64,000 bases of DNA from Phormidesmis sp. (GTDB lineage Bacteria > Cyanobacteriota > Cyanobacteriia > Leptolyngbyales > Leptolyngbyaceae), in NCBI GenBank assembly GCA_965248535.1, contig CBDFJR010000002.1:32001-96000 (forward strand), in the 5' to 3' direction. The translations under genes and the position numbers were made by a program. The notes under the pieces were generated by a model, which had not been told where the DNA came from, ran no database searches, and saw only the letters and a program-made list of their open reading frames with translations. Below are positions 31,210 to 41,615 of this stretch, piece after piece (the stretch's first letter is position 1; every line of letters begins with the position of its first letter).

Positions 31210-32136
31210 TTGCAGAATGCCACCCTCCATCAACTTAAAGTCTTTGAAGCAGTTGCTCGTCACAGCAGTTTTACCCGTGCTGCCGAAGAACTGTTTCTCA
31301 CTCAGCCAACGGTCTCAATGCAGGTCAAACAGTTGTCAAAAACGGTGGGGTTGCCCCTGTTTGAGCAAGTCGGCAAACGCCTCTATTTAACCCCGGCTGG
31401 CAAAGAACTTTATGCCACCTGTCGAGATTTATTCGATCGCATTTCTCAGTTTGAGATCGCGATCGCTGACCTTAAAGGACTCAAGCAAGGCTGCTTGCGA
31501 ATCGCTGTGGTCACGACGGCAAAATATGTGATTCCTCGCATTCTGGGGCCGTTTTGTCAGCGATATCCCGGCATTGACATTTCGCTGACGGTGACCAATC
31601 ACCAATATGTGTTAGATAGTCTCAACGACAACCGCGACGATCTCTATATTCTCAGCCAGTTGCCCGAAGACTCTGACGCGACGGCCCATCCCTTTATGGA
31701 AAACCCGCTGGTTATGTTGGCCCCGCGCAATCACCCCCTAGCTCACGAGAAAAATATCCCCTTAAAGCGGATTGCTGAAGAACCGTTCATCATGCGAGAG
31801 CCGGGTTCAGGGACGCGTAAAGCAGTCAAGCAATTGTTTGACTCTCAGGGGCTGCCGATGAAAGTCAAGCTCGATTTAGGCAGCAACGAAGCGATCAAAC
31901 AAGCGATCGCAGGCGGGTTAGGGCTTTCGGTGCTCTCTAAACACACGCTGGCCCTCGAAGGACTCAACAACCAATTAGTGATCTTAGATGTCGAAGGCTT
32001 TCCGATCGAGCGTCATTGGTATGTGGTGTATCCATCAGGCAAGCAGCTATCGGCGATCGCGCGGGCTTTCTTTGACTATTTGTTAAATGAGGGCAAACAA
32101 GTGGCTGAAGAAACGGCGTTTGAAAGATTATTGTAG
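31210..32136 (+). CDS. LysR regulator, CbbR subfamily (CmpR/NdhR-CcmR-like)
   Basis: ATLHQLKVFEAVARHSSFTRAAEELFLTQPTVS, VTTAKY, REPGSGTR and LGSNEAIKQAIAGGLG. CmpR and NdhR cannot be told apart by eye. Confidence 0.9.
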   Translation: MQNATLHQLKVFEAVARHSSFTRAAEELFLTQPTVSMQVKQLSKTVGLPLFEQVGKRLYLTPAGKELYATCRDLFDRISQFEIAIADLKGLKQGCLRIAVVTTAKYVIPRILGPFCQRYPGIDISLTVTNHQYVLDSLNDNRDDLYILSQLPEDSDATAHPFMENPLVMLAPRNHPLAHEKNIPLKRIAEEPFIMREPGSGTRKAVKQLFDSQGLPMKVKLDLGSNEAIKQAIAGGLGLSVLSKHTLALEGLNNQLVILDVEGFPIERHWYVVYPSGKQLSAIARAFFDYLLNEGKQVAEETAFERLL

Positions 32137-32171
32137 CGATCGTGGATTGGGTCGTTTTGGTGGGTGGGGTA

Positions 32172-32198
32172 GGCCTTGGGCACGGCGGTGCCATGCCC
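32172..32198. repeat. REP-like palindromic dispersed repeat, copy 2
   Basis: GGCCTTGGGCACGGCGGTGCCATGCCC, between the convergent LysR and bciB genes. Confidence 0.85.
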
Positions 32199-32216
32199 CT
32201 ATCGTGCCGCTCTGGG

Positions 32217-33410
32217 TCACTCTGGTAACTTGTATTGCTCTACAATCCGTTTTGCGTAGTCTGGGACGTGTTTTTCTAGCTTGTCAGGATAGTTGCGTTT
32301 GACATACAAATAGTTGCGGGTGAAGTGAGAATCGATCGAGAACCGGGCATATTCCAACCCTTTGGGGCCGATTTTCTCGATCACCACACCCATTAGTTTG
32401 GCGGCCCACATCGGCAGCGTCACGCCCTTATCATAGGCAGGAATGCTCTGCTGCACGGCGTTTTTGCGATCGCCCTGCGACATCACGGGCTGCGTTTCGA
32501 TCTGGTCGTGCACCAAGTCGAGCATTTCTTGCCCCCGATCGTTTCGCACCACAATCCACTGCCAGCCAAAGGGCGCACCCATATAGCCCACCACCAGATC
32601 AGAGAGAGAATTTACATAGTCAAAGCAGCTTAGACACGAGGGCGCAAACACGTCTTTAAGCTCGTTGGTTTTTAGGCCAAAAAAGGGCACCAACTCCGTC
32701 GAGCCATCTTCATGCTTAAAATGCACCTTGAAATCCTGCATAAACTCGTAGTAGACCACCGTATCCGGCGATCGACTGGTCGTATCCAGAAATTTTTGTA
32801 ATCCCGCACGAGTCACGTTATCCGTGCAGGGCGTGCCCAACACATAGAGTTTCTCAAGTCCTAACTGTTTTTCAACGGCGCGCAGAGCTTGAATCTGACA
32901 GCCGACCCCGATCGCTAACAGTCGCTTCATGCCCGACTGTTCGATCTCTTCTAAAATTGACAAATTGGGCGATAGGGTCGGTTTATTGACCCGTGCAGCG
33001 AGAATGTCTGCGGGCGTGCGGGCGATCACAGGTTTAGGCTGAAAGCGATCGTCCTCGCTATTTTGCACACAGACAACTCCTTCGACCATGCCGCGATTGA
33101 GCATTTCGATGGCGATCGCACTCACAATGCCCGTCCACTGCGCTCCTGGAATTGGCTCTGTTTTCCGCGCTGCCATCATGGCTTGACTCACGCCAAAATA
33201 CCAATCATCGGGATTGTCTAAATCGCGACTGCGCCCGTGAACGGTTTCTTCGAGCGCGGCAATCTGCTGATGGAGAAACGCACAGGCATCTTTGACATAG
33301 TGAATATAGTAGGTGTCACACAGCCCACACTCGCTGCACAGTTCTTTAGCGGGGCGACGGCTAGAAGATTTGAGGGCTTTTGCCTTTTTGTGAGGATGCG
33401 CCAGAGTCAT
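32217..33410 (-). CDS. bciB: Divinyl chlorophyllide 8-vinyl reductase (F420-hydrogenase beta family)
   Basis: RPAKELCSECGLCDTYYIHYVKDACAF, GAQWTGIVS, GVGCQ, GTPCTDN and SCLSCFDY. Confidence 0.88.
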   Translation of the reverse strand: MTLAHPHKKAKALKSSSRRPAKELCSECGLCDTYYIHYVKDACAFLHQQIAALEETVHGRSRDLDNPDDWYFGVSQAMMAARKTEPIPGAQWTGIVSAIAIEMLNRGMVEGVVCVQNSEDDRFQPKPVIARTPADILAARVNKPTLSPNLSILEEIEQSGMKRLLAIGVGCQIQALRAVEKQLGLEKLYVLGTPCTDNVTRAGLQKFLDTTSRSPDTVVYYEFMQDFKVHFKHEDGSTELVPFFGLKTNELKDVFAPSCLSCFDYVNSLSDLVVGYMGAPFGWQWIVVRNDRGQEMLDLVHDQIETQPVMSQGDRKNAVQQSIPAYDKGVTLPMWAAKLMGVVIEKIGPKGLEYARFSIDSHFTRNYLYVKRNYPDKLEKHVPDYAKRIVEQYKLPE

Positions 33411-33522
33411 GGGAGGGCAGAGTCTATAAAAGGTCACTAGTGATCACAATAGCCTAATGCTGTCGTCTGAACTCGTCTCTGGTTGCTATCTTGAACAGAG
33501 TGATATTTATTGAGGACGATCG

Positions 33523-33771
33523 ATGCAGCCTGAGGTCAATAAACCTGCTATCAGCGTTTGGGACTATAAGCCGTGGTGGTGTCAGCCTTGGTCAATTCTT
33601 TTAACCGGAGTCACGCTGATTAGCGGCAGTTGGGTTGTGTTTAAGACAATTTGGGTGACGGTGCTGGTGGCAATTCCGATCGTGACGTGGATGGTTTTTT
33701 TTCTGCTGATCTACCCAAAATCGATGGCTGAAAGTGGTTTGTTGCCGACAGAAGAGCTTGATCGCGGTTGA
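33523..33771 (+). CDS. Small membrane protein (DUF6737-like)
   Basis: Signature SVWDYKPWWCQPWSILLTG and two TM segments. Confidence 0.8.
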   Translation: MQPEVNKPAISVWDYKPWWCQPWSILLTGVTLISGSWVVFKTIWVTVLVAIPIVTWMVFFLLIYPKSMAESGLLPTEELDRG

Positions 33772-33836
33772 TTAAAAGCGCGATCGTGAGAATTTCAAGA
33801 AGAATTTCGTCGTCAAAATCAGACCGAAGTTTGCTT

Positions 33837-34475
33837 CTACTCTTTGCCAAACTCCGATATTAGCCATGCGACAACCTGACTTTGATTGGTTTGACGAGAT
33901 TGTTGCAGCGCGTTTTGAAGCAGCGCGATTTGTAGATTGGGCAATACTTTAGATTCTGTAATGCGATAGCTGCCTTGGTTCTCGATCGCAAACGCTAACA
34001 CTCGAACGTTTTTTACGTCTAAAACCCAATACTCTGCGACCCCCAAATCTTCATACAGCAATCGCTTTGCCCCTTGATCGTCAGCGAGAGAAGTGTTTGC
34101 GACTTCAATCACTAGATCAGGAGGTGGATAGGTATCTAAGTCGATAATGCTAGTCCCCCACGGAATTGCATCGGCATTATCTCCGATGTAATATGCAATA
34201 TCGGGTTGAGCCTCCTCAAACCCTACTTTGCGGAACGTGCAGTTTGTCAATCCTTGAGTGGGAATGGCTTTGAGACCACAAAATAGATTGACTGTAAAAC
34301 TCGCGATCGTGTTGTCAGCAGCGTGGTCATGCCCAAGAGGAGCCATTTCAATCCTCATCTTATGGTCATAATAATATCCTTTGGCTTTCGCATAAGCCTG
34401 ATGCTCAATCACTTGCAGATACTCTTCCCAAGTGGCGCTAACCCATGTGTCGGTGGGAATTTGAACCTGTTGCAT
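33837..34475 (-). CDS. Uma2 (DUF820) family endonuclease-like protein
   Basis: ATWEEY, EMAPLGHDH, QPDIAYY, PPDLVIEVA and LYEDLGVAEYWVLD. Confidence 0.9.
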   Translation of the reverse strand: MQQVQIPTDTWVSATWEEYLQVIEHQAYAKAKGYYYDHKMRIEMAPLGHDHAADNTIASFTVNLFCGLKAIPTQGLTNCTFRKVGFEEAQPDIAYYIGDNADAIPWGTSIIDLDTYPPPDLVIEVANTSLADDQGAKRLLYEDLGVAEYWVLDVKNVRVLAFAIENQGSYRITESKVLPNLQIALLQNALQQSRQTNQSQVVAWLISEFGKE

Positions 34476-34642
34476 ATCTGTAAGCGGCACATCAAATGAG
34501 GATATTCACACGCTATCACACCGTTAGAGTTTGAATTCGAGATGAGCTTTAAAACACAGACCACGACTGATTTGACTGACAATCTCTCGAAGCTGCATTC
34601 TGATTGCTATGGTGAATATGGCAATTTTAGTACGTCGCTCTC

Positions 34643-35977
34643 TTGACCCAAAACTCTCGCCAACTCGCCTTTCTTGCCCTCCGCAGCGTTCATCGAGGTG
34701 CGTTTGCAGATGTCGCTGTCGATAAAGTGCTGCATCAGACCGACTTAAGTGCTGTCGATCGCCGCTTGCTGACCGAGCTAGTCTATGGCTGTGTGAGACG
34801 ACAGCGATCGCTAGATGCCCTGATTGACCAACTCGCGACTAAAAAAACTCAACAACCCTCAGACCTGCGAATCATTTTGCAATTGGGATTGTATCAACTG
34901 CGCTATCTCAATCAAATTCCGGCATCGGCGGCGGTCAACACCACCGTTGAGTTGGCCAAACAAACTGGGTTTTCAGGATTAACCGGGTTTGTTAACGGCT
35001 TACTGCGGCAATATCTACGCGCCAGCGAAGCCAGCGATCCCCTCCAGCTATCTGACAACCCGATCGAGCGATTAGGCGTTTTGCACAGCCTCCCAGATTG
35101 GATTGTGCAAGTTTGGCTCGATCAGTTTGGGATCACAGAAACCGAAAAGCTCTGCGACTATATGAACCAGCCCCCTCACCTTGATTTGAGGGTGAATACG
35201 CTGCGCTCATCTCTAGCTCAAGTCGAGGCTGCCATGCAGTCTGCGGGCATTCACGTTCAGCGAGTGCCCCACCTGCCCCAAGCGCTGAGAGTGCCGCAAG
35301 GGTCAGGGGCGATTCAGCATCTACCGGGGTTTCAAGAAGGCTGGTGGATCGTCCAAGACAGTAGCGCTCAATTAGTGGGCTATCTTGTCGATCCGCAGTC
35401 AGGCGAAGTGGTGGCCGATGCGTGTGCGGCTCCGGGAGGCAAAACCATGCACCTGGCAGAATTGATGCACGACAGCGGAACGGTTTGGGCCTGCGATCGT
35501 ACCCCTTCTCGCCTGAAGCGATTGCAGCAAAATGTCGATCGCTTGCACTTAAAATCTATCCAAATTCACGTCGGCGACAGTCGAGAGTTGCCGCAGTTAG
35601 TCGGGCAGTGCGATCGCGTGCTGATCGATGCTCCCTGCTCTGGGTTAGGAACCCTCAACCGCCACGCTGACGCACGGTGGCGGCAAACGCCCGAAACGGT
35701 GGCAAAATTGTCTCAGCTTCAGCAAGAAATTCTCGCTCACACGGCATCGTGGGTTAAGCCCAACGGCAGTTTAGTCTATGCCACCTGCACCCTGCACCCT
35801 GCCGAAAATGAGTCAGTGATTCACAACTTTTTGAGTCAAAATCCTGATTGGCGGGTTGACAGCCCAGGGCTTGATTCAGCGATCGCGCCTTTTCTAAACC
35901 CTGAGGGATGGGCAAAAGTGCTGCCTCACCGACAGGGCATGGATGGGTTTTTTATGATAAGACTAAAGCGGGCGTAA
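34643..35977 (+). CDS. rsmB: 16S rRNA m5C967 methyltransferase
   Basis: NusB-like N-terminus, QDSSAQL, DACAAPGGKT, DAPCSGLG and YATCT. Confidence 0.95.
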   Translation: MTQNSRQLAFLALRSVHRGAFADVAVDKVLHQTDLSAVDRRLLTELVYGCVRRQRSLDALIDQLATKKTQQPSDLRIILQLGLYQLRYLNQIPASAAVNTTVELAKQTGFSGLTGFVNGLLRQYLRASEASDPLQLSDNPIERLGVLHSLPDWIVQVWLDQFGITETEKLCDYMNQPPHLDLRVNTLRSSLAQVEAAMQSAGIHVQRVPHLPQALRVPQGSGAIQHLPGFQEGWWIVQDSSAQLVGYLVDPQSGEVVADACAAPGGKTMHLAELMHDSGTVWACDRTPSRLKRLQQNVDRLHLKSIQIHVGDSRELPQLVGQCDRVLIDAPCSGLGTLNRHADARWRQTPETVAKLSQLQQEILAHTASWVKPNGSLVYATCTLHPAENESVIHNFLSQNPDWRVDSPGLDSAIAPFLNPEGWAKVLPHRQGMDGFFMIRLKRA

Positions 35978-35999
35978 GGTCGGGAGCAGCGACAAACCG

Positions 36000-36410
36000 A
36001 TGACAACAGATAGGAAAACACTGGTGAAAATTCTAGTCGGGGTCGCTTGGCTCGACGGCACAGTTCAGCCCGAAGAACGGCAACACCTACATCGGGTTGC
36101 TTTAGAAAAAGGGGTGGCGGACGATCGTGAACTCCGGCCGCTCTTGCATGGGCTGCGATCGGTGAAGCCCGAAGAATGCTATCAGTGGCTCGGAGAATAT
36201 CTGGGGGATCGCCCCACCTCTGAGACCTGTCAAAGCCTAATTGAGTCAATTAGCGCTCTGATCTACAGCGATGGGACGGTGGCGATCGAGGAAGCCAAAC
36301 TCCTGACAAGGTTACAGCTAATCGACACCAGCAGCACCCCAGAGACTTTCTATGAAAAAGTGGTGTCTGCGCTTCGCAAACTCTATCAGCATTGGCTCGC
36401 TGAACTTTAG
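36000..36410 (+). CDS. TerB-family protein
   Basis: VAWLDGTVQPEE and LIYSDGTVAIEEAKLL (two D-G-x4-E motifs). Confidence 0.82.
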   Translation: MTTDRKTLVKILVGVAWLDGTVQPEERQHLHRVALEKGVADDRELRPLLHGLRSVKPEECYQWLGEYLGDRPTSETCQSLIESISALIYSDGTVAIEEAKLLTRLQLIDTSSTPETFYEKVVSALRKLYQHWLAEL

Positions 36411-36425
36411 AAACCTCAAAGGGTG

Positions 36426-36629
36426 TTATAAACCGGGCGTTTCTTCTTTTTTGACTTCTGGCACCACGTCAGGTCGCTCTTTATCTTCCCAGCCAACCGG
36501 ACGCTTGGAGTTATACCAGGCCAGCGACCCAAAGGTGACAGCGGCGATGAACCCGACGACGTACACAACCGTGGCAGACACCGGAAAGTTCATGCCACCA
36601 TAGCTAGACACATCCATCAAAATACTCAT
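36426..36629 (-). CDS. psb35: Photosystem II assembly protein Psb35
   Basis: Single TM followed by GFIAAVTFGSLAWYNSKRPVGWEDKERPD. GAGGGG RBS 8 nt before the ATG at 36629. Confidence 0.8.
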   Translation of the reverse strand: MSILMDVSSYGGMNFPVSATVVYVVGFIAAVTFGSLAWYNSKRPVGWEDKERPDVVPEVKKEETPGL

Positions 36630-36721
36630 TTGCATAGCCCCTCAAAAATTTTACTAGCGTCAGGATATTAGAGTGAGTATAGCAATACATCCCCCACAGG
36701 TTTGATCCCCTAACAGTCTGG

Positions 36722-39036
36722 CTAATTTCCGGGTGGGGGCAGAGGGTCTGAAGCCGCCGGAGCCGGATCGGGTGGCGCTGCCCGCCGAGGAGCGGGTTGA
36801 GCTGGGGGAGCGGCCGCTTCAGGAGGAGGAGCTTCACGGTGCGGGGCAGGATCATAAGACTTCTCAGCCGGAGCCGGATCAGCCGGGGCAGGATCATAGG
36901 AGCGTTCAGATTTGGGCGCTGAATAGCTGCTTTCTGCGGGGGCAGGCTCAGAGCTACGCCGACTCTGAGACTCGTCAGGATCAGCAGAGCCACCCAGCGA
37001 TCGGGTGCGGCTGGGGTTGACGGGTTCGGCTTTGAGGCTGCCTTTACGATCGTCCAAATTGCTAGGAATCTCTGGAAACTTCTGGACGGGCATTCCCTCG
37101 ACTGAGGTTTTCATAAATTGGTGCCAGGCATAGGCGGCGGTGCCGCTGCTGCCCCAAGTAGGGCTATTGTCGTCGTTGCCCAGCCACACCCCCGCCACCA
37201 GTTGAGGAATGTAACCAATAAACCAGAGATCGCGGGCGCTCTCAGACGTGCCTGTTTTGCCAGCGACCGGGCGACCAATTTGGGCGGCGCGTCCCGTGCC
37301 GTCAGAGACGACATTTCGCAGCATCCAGGTCATGATCGCGGCGGTGTCAGCATCAAAACTTGCTTGCTTTTAGCGTCAGACTCATAGAGCACCTTGCCCC
37401 GACTGTTGGTGATGCGGCGAATGCCGTGAGGCTCGATCGCTTTACCCTGAGCCGCCAAGGTGCCATAAGAACTGACCAACTCCAGCAAATTGACCTCATA
37501 GGCTCCCAACGCCATCGCATAAGTTGGACTCATCTTGGAGTGAATGCCCATGCTTTCGGCAGTTTTGATAACGGGGCTAAACCCAACATCAATCAGGGTT
37601 TTGACCGCCACTACATTCACTGATCCTGTCAAGGCATCGCGAATGTTTACCCAGCCTTTATATTTATTGCTGTAGTTTTTGGGCTGGTAGCCATCCACTA
37701 CAAAGCGCTCGTCTAAATAAGAACGATAGGGAGAAAATCCGGCGGCGATCGCCGTTGTGTAGACAAAGGATTTAAACGTCGAACCAGGCTGGCGCTGGGC
37801 CTGGGTGGCTCGGTTAAACTGACTTTCTTTATAAAAGTCATAGCCGCCGACCATCGCCCTAACTTCACCATTGCGGGGATCGATAGCCACCATGGCCGCT
37901 TGCTTAAAGCCTTCTGCCGCTCCATCGACCTCGATCGCGTCTTTGATCGCTTTGTCGGCCGCTTTTTGAAACGTTGGGTTGAGGGTCGTTTCGATCGTGA
38001 TTCCACCTGCGTCGAGGGCCGCTTTTGAGACATATTTGGGCAACTGCTGCTGAATGTAGTAAGTGAAATATGGCGAATCACTTTCTATTTTCTTAGGCGA
38101 GTTTGGCTTGATTTTCAGATCTTCAGCTTTGGCAGACTCAGCTTCAGCAGTCGTGACATAGCCAGCCTCAACCATTTTGTCTAATACGACATTGCGCCGC
38201 TCACGAGCCTTCTCTAAGCTGACTAACGGCGAATAGAGACTCGGCGCAGGCGGAAGCCCAGCGATCGTGGCCGATTCTGAGAGGGTCAGTTGGCTGACCG
38301 ACTTGCTGAAATAGATCCACGCCGCATCGCCGACCCCGTAGGCATTAGACCCTAGATAAACCAGGTTGAGATAGCGTTCTAGAAGCTGTTGCTTATCGAC
38401 TTCTCGCTCTAGCTTTTGAGCCAAGAGAGCCTCTCTCACTTTGCGCCCAACGCTGCGGTCTTGGTTGAGAAACACGACACGCGCTAGCTGTTGAGTGATC
38501 GTGCTGCCGCCTTCGACTAACCCGCCAGAGGTGAGGTTGCGCCCGATCGCTCGCACGATCGCCTGATAGTCAACCCCTTTATGCTCATAAAATCGCCGAT
38601 CTTCCGAGGCAATAAAGGCATTGATCAACGGCTTAGGAATCTGCCCGATCGTCAGTTTTTCGCGGGTCGCTGGCCCTAGCTGGTGCAGCACGGTGCCATC
38701 TGAGGCCTTGATGGTGAGGGTGCCAGGGCGGGCAAATACTGCTAGATCAGCCGGATTGGGAAGATTGCGATCGATCTCCCAGGCAGCATATTTAAAGACC
38801 CCAAAACCGCCTAGCAAAAGCGCTAACCAAAGAATTCTCCGCCGCACGACTGGCTTTTTCAGGGGCGAGGGCAGCTTTTGCTCAAGCTGGTTAAGCCGTT
38901 TGTTGGCTTTGTCGAGATTGGACTGTAGCCCCGGTAGCCGAAGGTTATTCAGCACATTTGTCAGTCTGCGGTTTTTCCGGGTGCGACGATCGCGTCGTGC
39001 GGGTTGCCGATCTTGATCGTTGGGTCCGTCTGTCAT
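36722..39036 (-). pseudogene. Class A penicillin-binding protein (PBP1A), with one base missing near 37354-37358
   Basis: Transglycosylase motifs EDRRFYEH and GGSTITQQL. Transpeptidase motifs GSTFK, SVN and KTG, with KTG in the second ORF 36722-37333. Adding one base restores QVLDADTAAIMTWML. Confidence 0.88.
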
Positions 39037-39349
39037 GGCTTCCCGCCTAGTTGCTTGGGAGTTATGAGTAGATCTGCCTGCATCTGAGCCATCCTTCGTC
39101 ACGATTAGCACCTCATCTCGCCAAGGTTTTAGGGTCAGAAGGTTGGGATCACAATTCTGACACTCAGATTGACCCAAACCATTCGTCTAGTCAACCGTAT
39201 CGATCAAATTATTGTGATCTTTGACCCAAGTTGCGGAGTCAGAGTAGGCGATCGTTTATCGTCTTGGAGGTTAGTGTACAAGACTTCTGGATGAAACAGC
39301 AGTGAATTTAGCTGAAAAAATAGCGCCATTCTAGCAATCATCCACTGAC

Positions 39350-40363
39350 TTAAAGCGCGGCGTGACCAAAGGACAGAGCAGCAACCAACATTCCCAACAC
39401 CAAAAAAGGTTGAGCGCTAGCTTGATATTTCACATCATTCTTGAGCGGATCGCGCAGAAAATACATATCTTGAAAGGTAATTTGCGGAATGATCAGCAGA
39501 ATCAGAATCGTTGCATAGAGGTTTTGATGAATGGTGATCAGATAGGCCGCGATCCCCGCTTGAAACAGATCGATCATCAAAACGCAGATCCAAGCAGCTT
39601 TGGTGACCCCAAACATCACAGGCAGTGATTTGAGTCCGAGTTGGCGATCGCCTTCTACACTTTTGAAGTCATTAATAATCGCAATTCCTAACCCCGAAAA
39701 GCTATAGAAGAGCGTCAGCAGCACGATCGTGCTGTCTAACTCGCCAAACAGGGCGTGACCCGTCCACCAGGGAATCGCAATATAGCTTGCGCCGAGGGCA
39801 AAGCTGCCCATCCAGCCATTTTGCTTGAGCTTGAGGGGCGGCGCAGAGTAGATATAGGACAAAAAAGAACCCCCGATCGCCAGTGCTGTAATCGTCGGAA
39901 ACTCATGCCCTGCCCACTGGTCAAGCGCATAGGCAACGCCGATCCCGGCAATTAGCAGCACCCAGATTTGCACCACGACCTGAGGCAGCGAAATCGCCCC
40001 AGAGGGAATCGGGCGATAGGGTTCGTTAATGGCATCGATCTCACGATCGTAGTAATCGTTAAGAATCTGCGTGTAGCCCGTCAATAATGGCCCCGCCAAC
40101 AGCATACAGGCGGCGGCGATCAGCACATTTTCTAATGTCCAAGTGTAGTTGCCCGACGACGCTGCCCCGCAGATAATGCCCCACATGAGCGGAATCCAGG
40201 TGATCGGCTTCATCAACTGCAAGCGGATTTTCGCGATCGAGGCTCCTTTCACGTCGGCTCCTTTCATGCCGAGGAGTTGACGAGTTTTTGCACTGCGATC
40301 GGAGTCGCGAAGCGCTGAAGAATCGCCCGTTACGTCAGTCTCAGGGGGGGTAGAGTCAGCCAT
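39350..40363 (-). CDS. chlG: Chlorophyll synthase
   Basis: TRQLLGMKGA, RLQLMKPITWIPL, NDYYDREIDAINEPYRPIPSG and NDFKSVEGDR. Confidence 0.96.
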   Translation of the reverse strand: MADSTPPETDVTGDSSALRDSDRSAKTRQLLGMKGADVKGASIAKIRLQLMKPITWIPLMWGIICGAASSGNYTWTLENVLIAAACMLLAGPLLTGYTQILNDYYDREIDAINEPYRPIPSGAISLPQVVVQIWVLLIAGIGVAYALDQWAGHEFPTITALAIGGSFLSYIYSAPPLKLKQNGWMGSFALGASYIAIPWWTGHALFGELDSTIVLLTLFYSFSGLGIAIINDFKSVEGDRQLGLKSLPVMFGVTKAAWICVLMIDLFQAGIAAYLITIHQNLYATILILLIIPQITFQDMYFLRDPLKNDVKYQASAQPFLVLGMLVAALSFGHAAL

Positions 40364-40386
40364 AGCCAAGAGTTAGTTGAAAAGGT

Positions 40387-41487
40387 CTAGAACGAAATAA
40401 TCAGATAGCCATCTTGAAACTTAGCCCCTTTCACCGATTGCCCTCGCAGTTGGGGCGGCAGATCGACGTTACGACGCTGATCGCCTGCTTCGATCGTGAT
40501 TTCAGGGCCCGATTGGGTCAGTTTGACTTGCTTTTTATCAAACCCTGGCAAAAAGAGCGAAACTTTACGCTCAGAGATATTCACGGCGATCGGGCGCGGA
40601 GCCTGACTAGCCTGATCCTGAAAGTTGGGCAGGACATCCATCAACGGCTGCCAATCATTAACCGACTGGATCGGAACCGTCGTCACCAAAAGCGGATCAA
40701 AGGCAGTCGGCACCTGATCCTCTGCGGCAACCCGATTCAAAATCACGCCGCCCACCGTCAAGCCAATCTGTTGAGCACTGCCCCAGAGATATTGGGCTGT
40801 GGCGATCGCCGCCGAGTCAGAGGTCGTCACCAAATAAGCCGCCATGCGCTGCGGGTTATTGACCGCCTGCTTGCCCTGCTCTAGCAGATCATTGACCTGA
40901 CCCGTGGGTTGAGCAAAGTTGTCGCCGATAAAGCTAACATTCGTCAAAACGGTGCTCGCCGCAAGCTGAATCGCAGGCGACAGCGTTTTGCCTAAGTCAG
41001 ACTCCACAAACAGCTTGCGAAAGCGGCGAATATACCAGCTAATTGTTTCGGGCATTCCCAGCATTCGCAGCGTCGCTTGGTCGCCCGACCCGTCATAGAC
41101 GATCGCATCGTAGCTGCCACTGCCGTCATAGTCACGAAGGGCATTGAGAGCCAGGGCCGTGTCCATGCCTGGCAAAACGCCTAATTCTTGACCAAACACT
41201 TCTTTGAAAAAAGGGGTGCGAAGATATTGCGCTTCTAGCTTTTTGAGTTCTTCCCAACTGCGCTCTAACAGTGTCGCGGTTTGTAGCTGAACGGCGTATA
41301 GATGGGGTGAAATCTCTTGGGGATCAAGGCTCAGAGTCTGACCCAAAGCCGCCCCAAACGCCGGACTGGAATCCTGTCCGATCAGCAGAACTCGTTTGCC
41401 TTGAGCGGCAAGTTTTTTGGCGGCCGCGATCGCGATCGTCGTTCGCCCCGTGCCACCTTTGCCTAGAAACGTCAAAATAAAAGCCAT
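40387..41487 (-). CDS. ArsA/Get3-family ATPase with C-terminal HSP20-like domain (Get3d-like)
   Basis: FLGKGGTGRTT, ELGVLPGMD and C-terminal LFLPGFDKKQVKLTQSGPEITIEAGDQRRN. Confidence 0.88.
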   Translation of the reverse strand: MAFILTFLGKGGTGRTTIAIAAAKKLAAQGKRVLLIGQDSSPAFGAALGQTLSLDPQEISPHLYAVQLQTATLLERSWEELKKLEAQYLRTPFFKEVFGQELGVLPGMDTALALNALRDYDGSGSYDAIVYDGSGDQATLRMLGMPETISWYIRRFRKLFVESDLGKTLSPAIQLAASTVLTNVSFIGDNFAQPTGQVNDLLEQGKQAVNNPQRMAAYLVTTSDSAAIATAQYLWGSAQQIGLTVGGVILNRVAAEDQVPTAFDPLLVTTVPIQSVNDWQPLMDVLPNFQDQASQAPRPIAVNISERKVSLFLPGFDKKQVKLTQSGPEITIEAGDQRRNVDLPPQLRGQSVKGAKFQDGYLIISF

Positions 41488-41522
41488 GTTTAACTATTCC
41501 GAGCCAACTGAACCATCAGAGT

Positions 41523-41568
41523 TTTGAATTTTGAATCAACGCGGTTGATCGAGAATTCAAAATTCAAA
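41523..41568. repeat. Long inverted repeat built from TTTTGAA-type heptamers
   Basis: TTTGAATTTTGAAT ... ATTCAAAATTCAAA enclosing ATCAAC-GCG-GTTGAT. Confidence 0.75.
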
Positions 41569-41615
41569 CCTCCGTTATTTCCCCATGTTAGCGACTGCAC
41601 AGAATCGGGCGCGTT

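Noticed and set aside
33837..34475. Uma2 gene as a restriction or defence system
   Set aside because: It belongs to a highly expanded cyanobacterial family, and no methyltransferase or other defence partner is adjacent.
36000..36410. TerB gene as part of a tellurite-resistance or defence island
   Set aside because: It is a solitary gene among housekeeping genes (rsmB, psb35) with no other ter genes.
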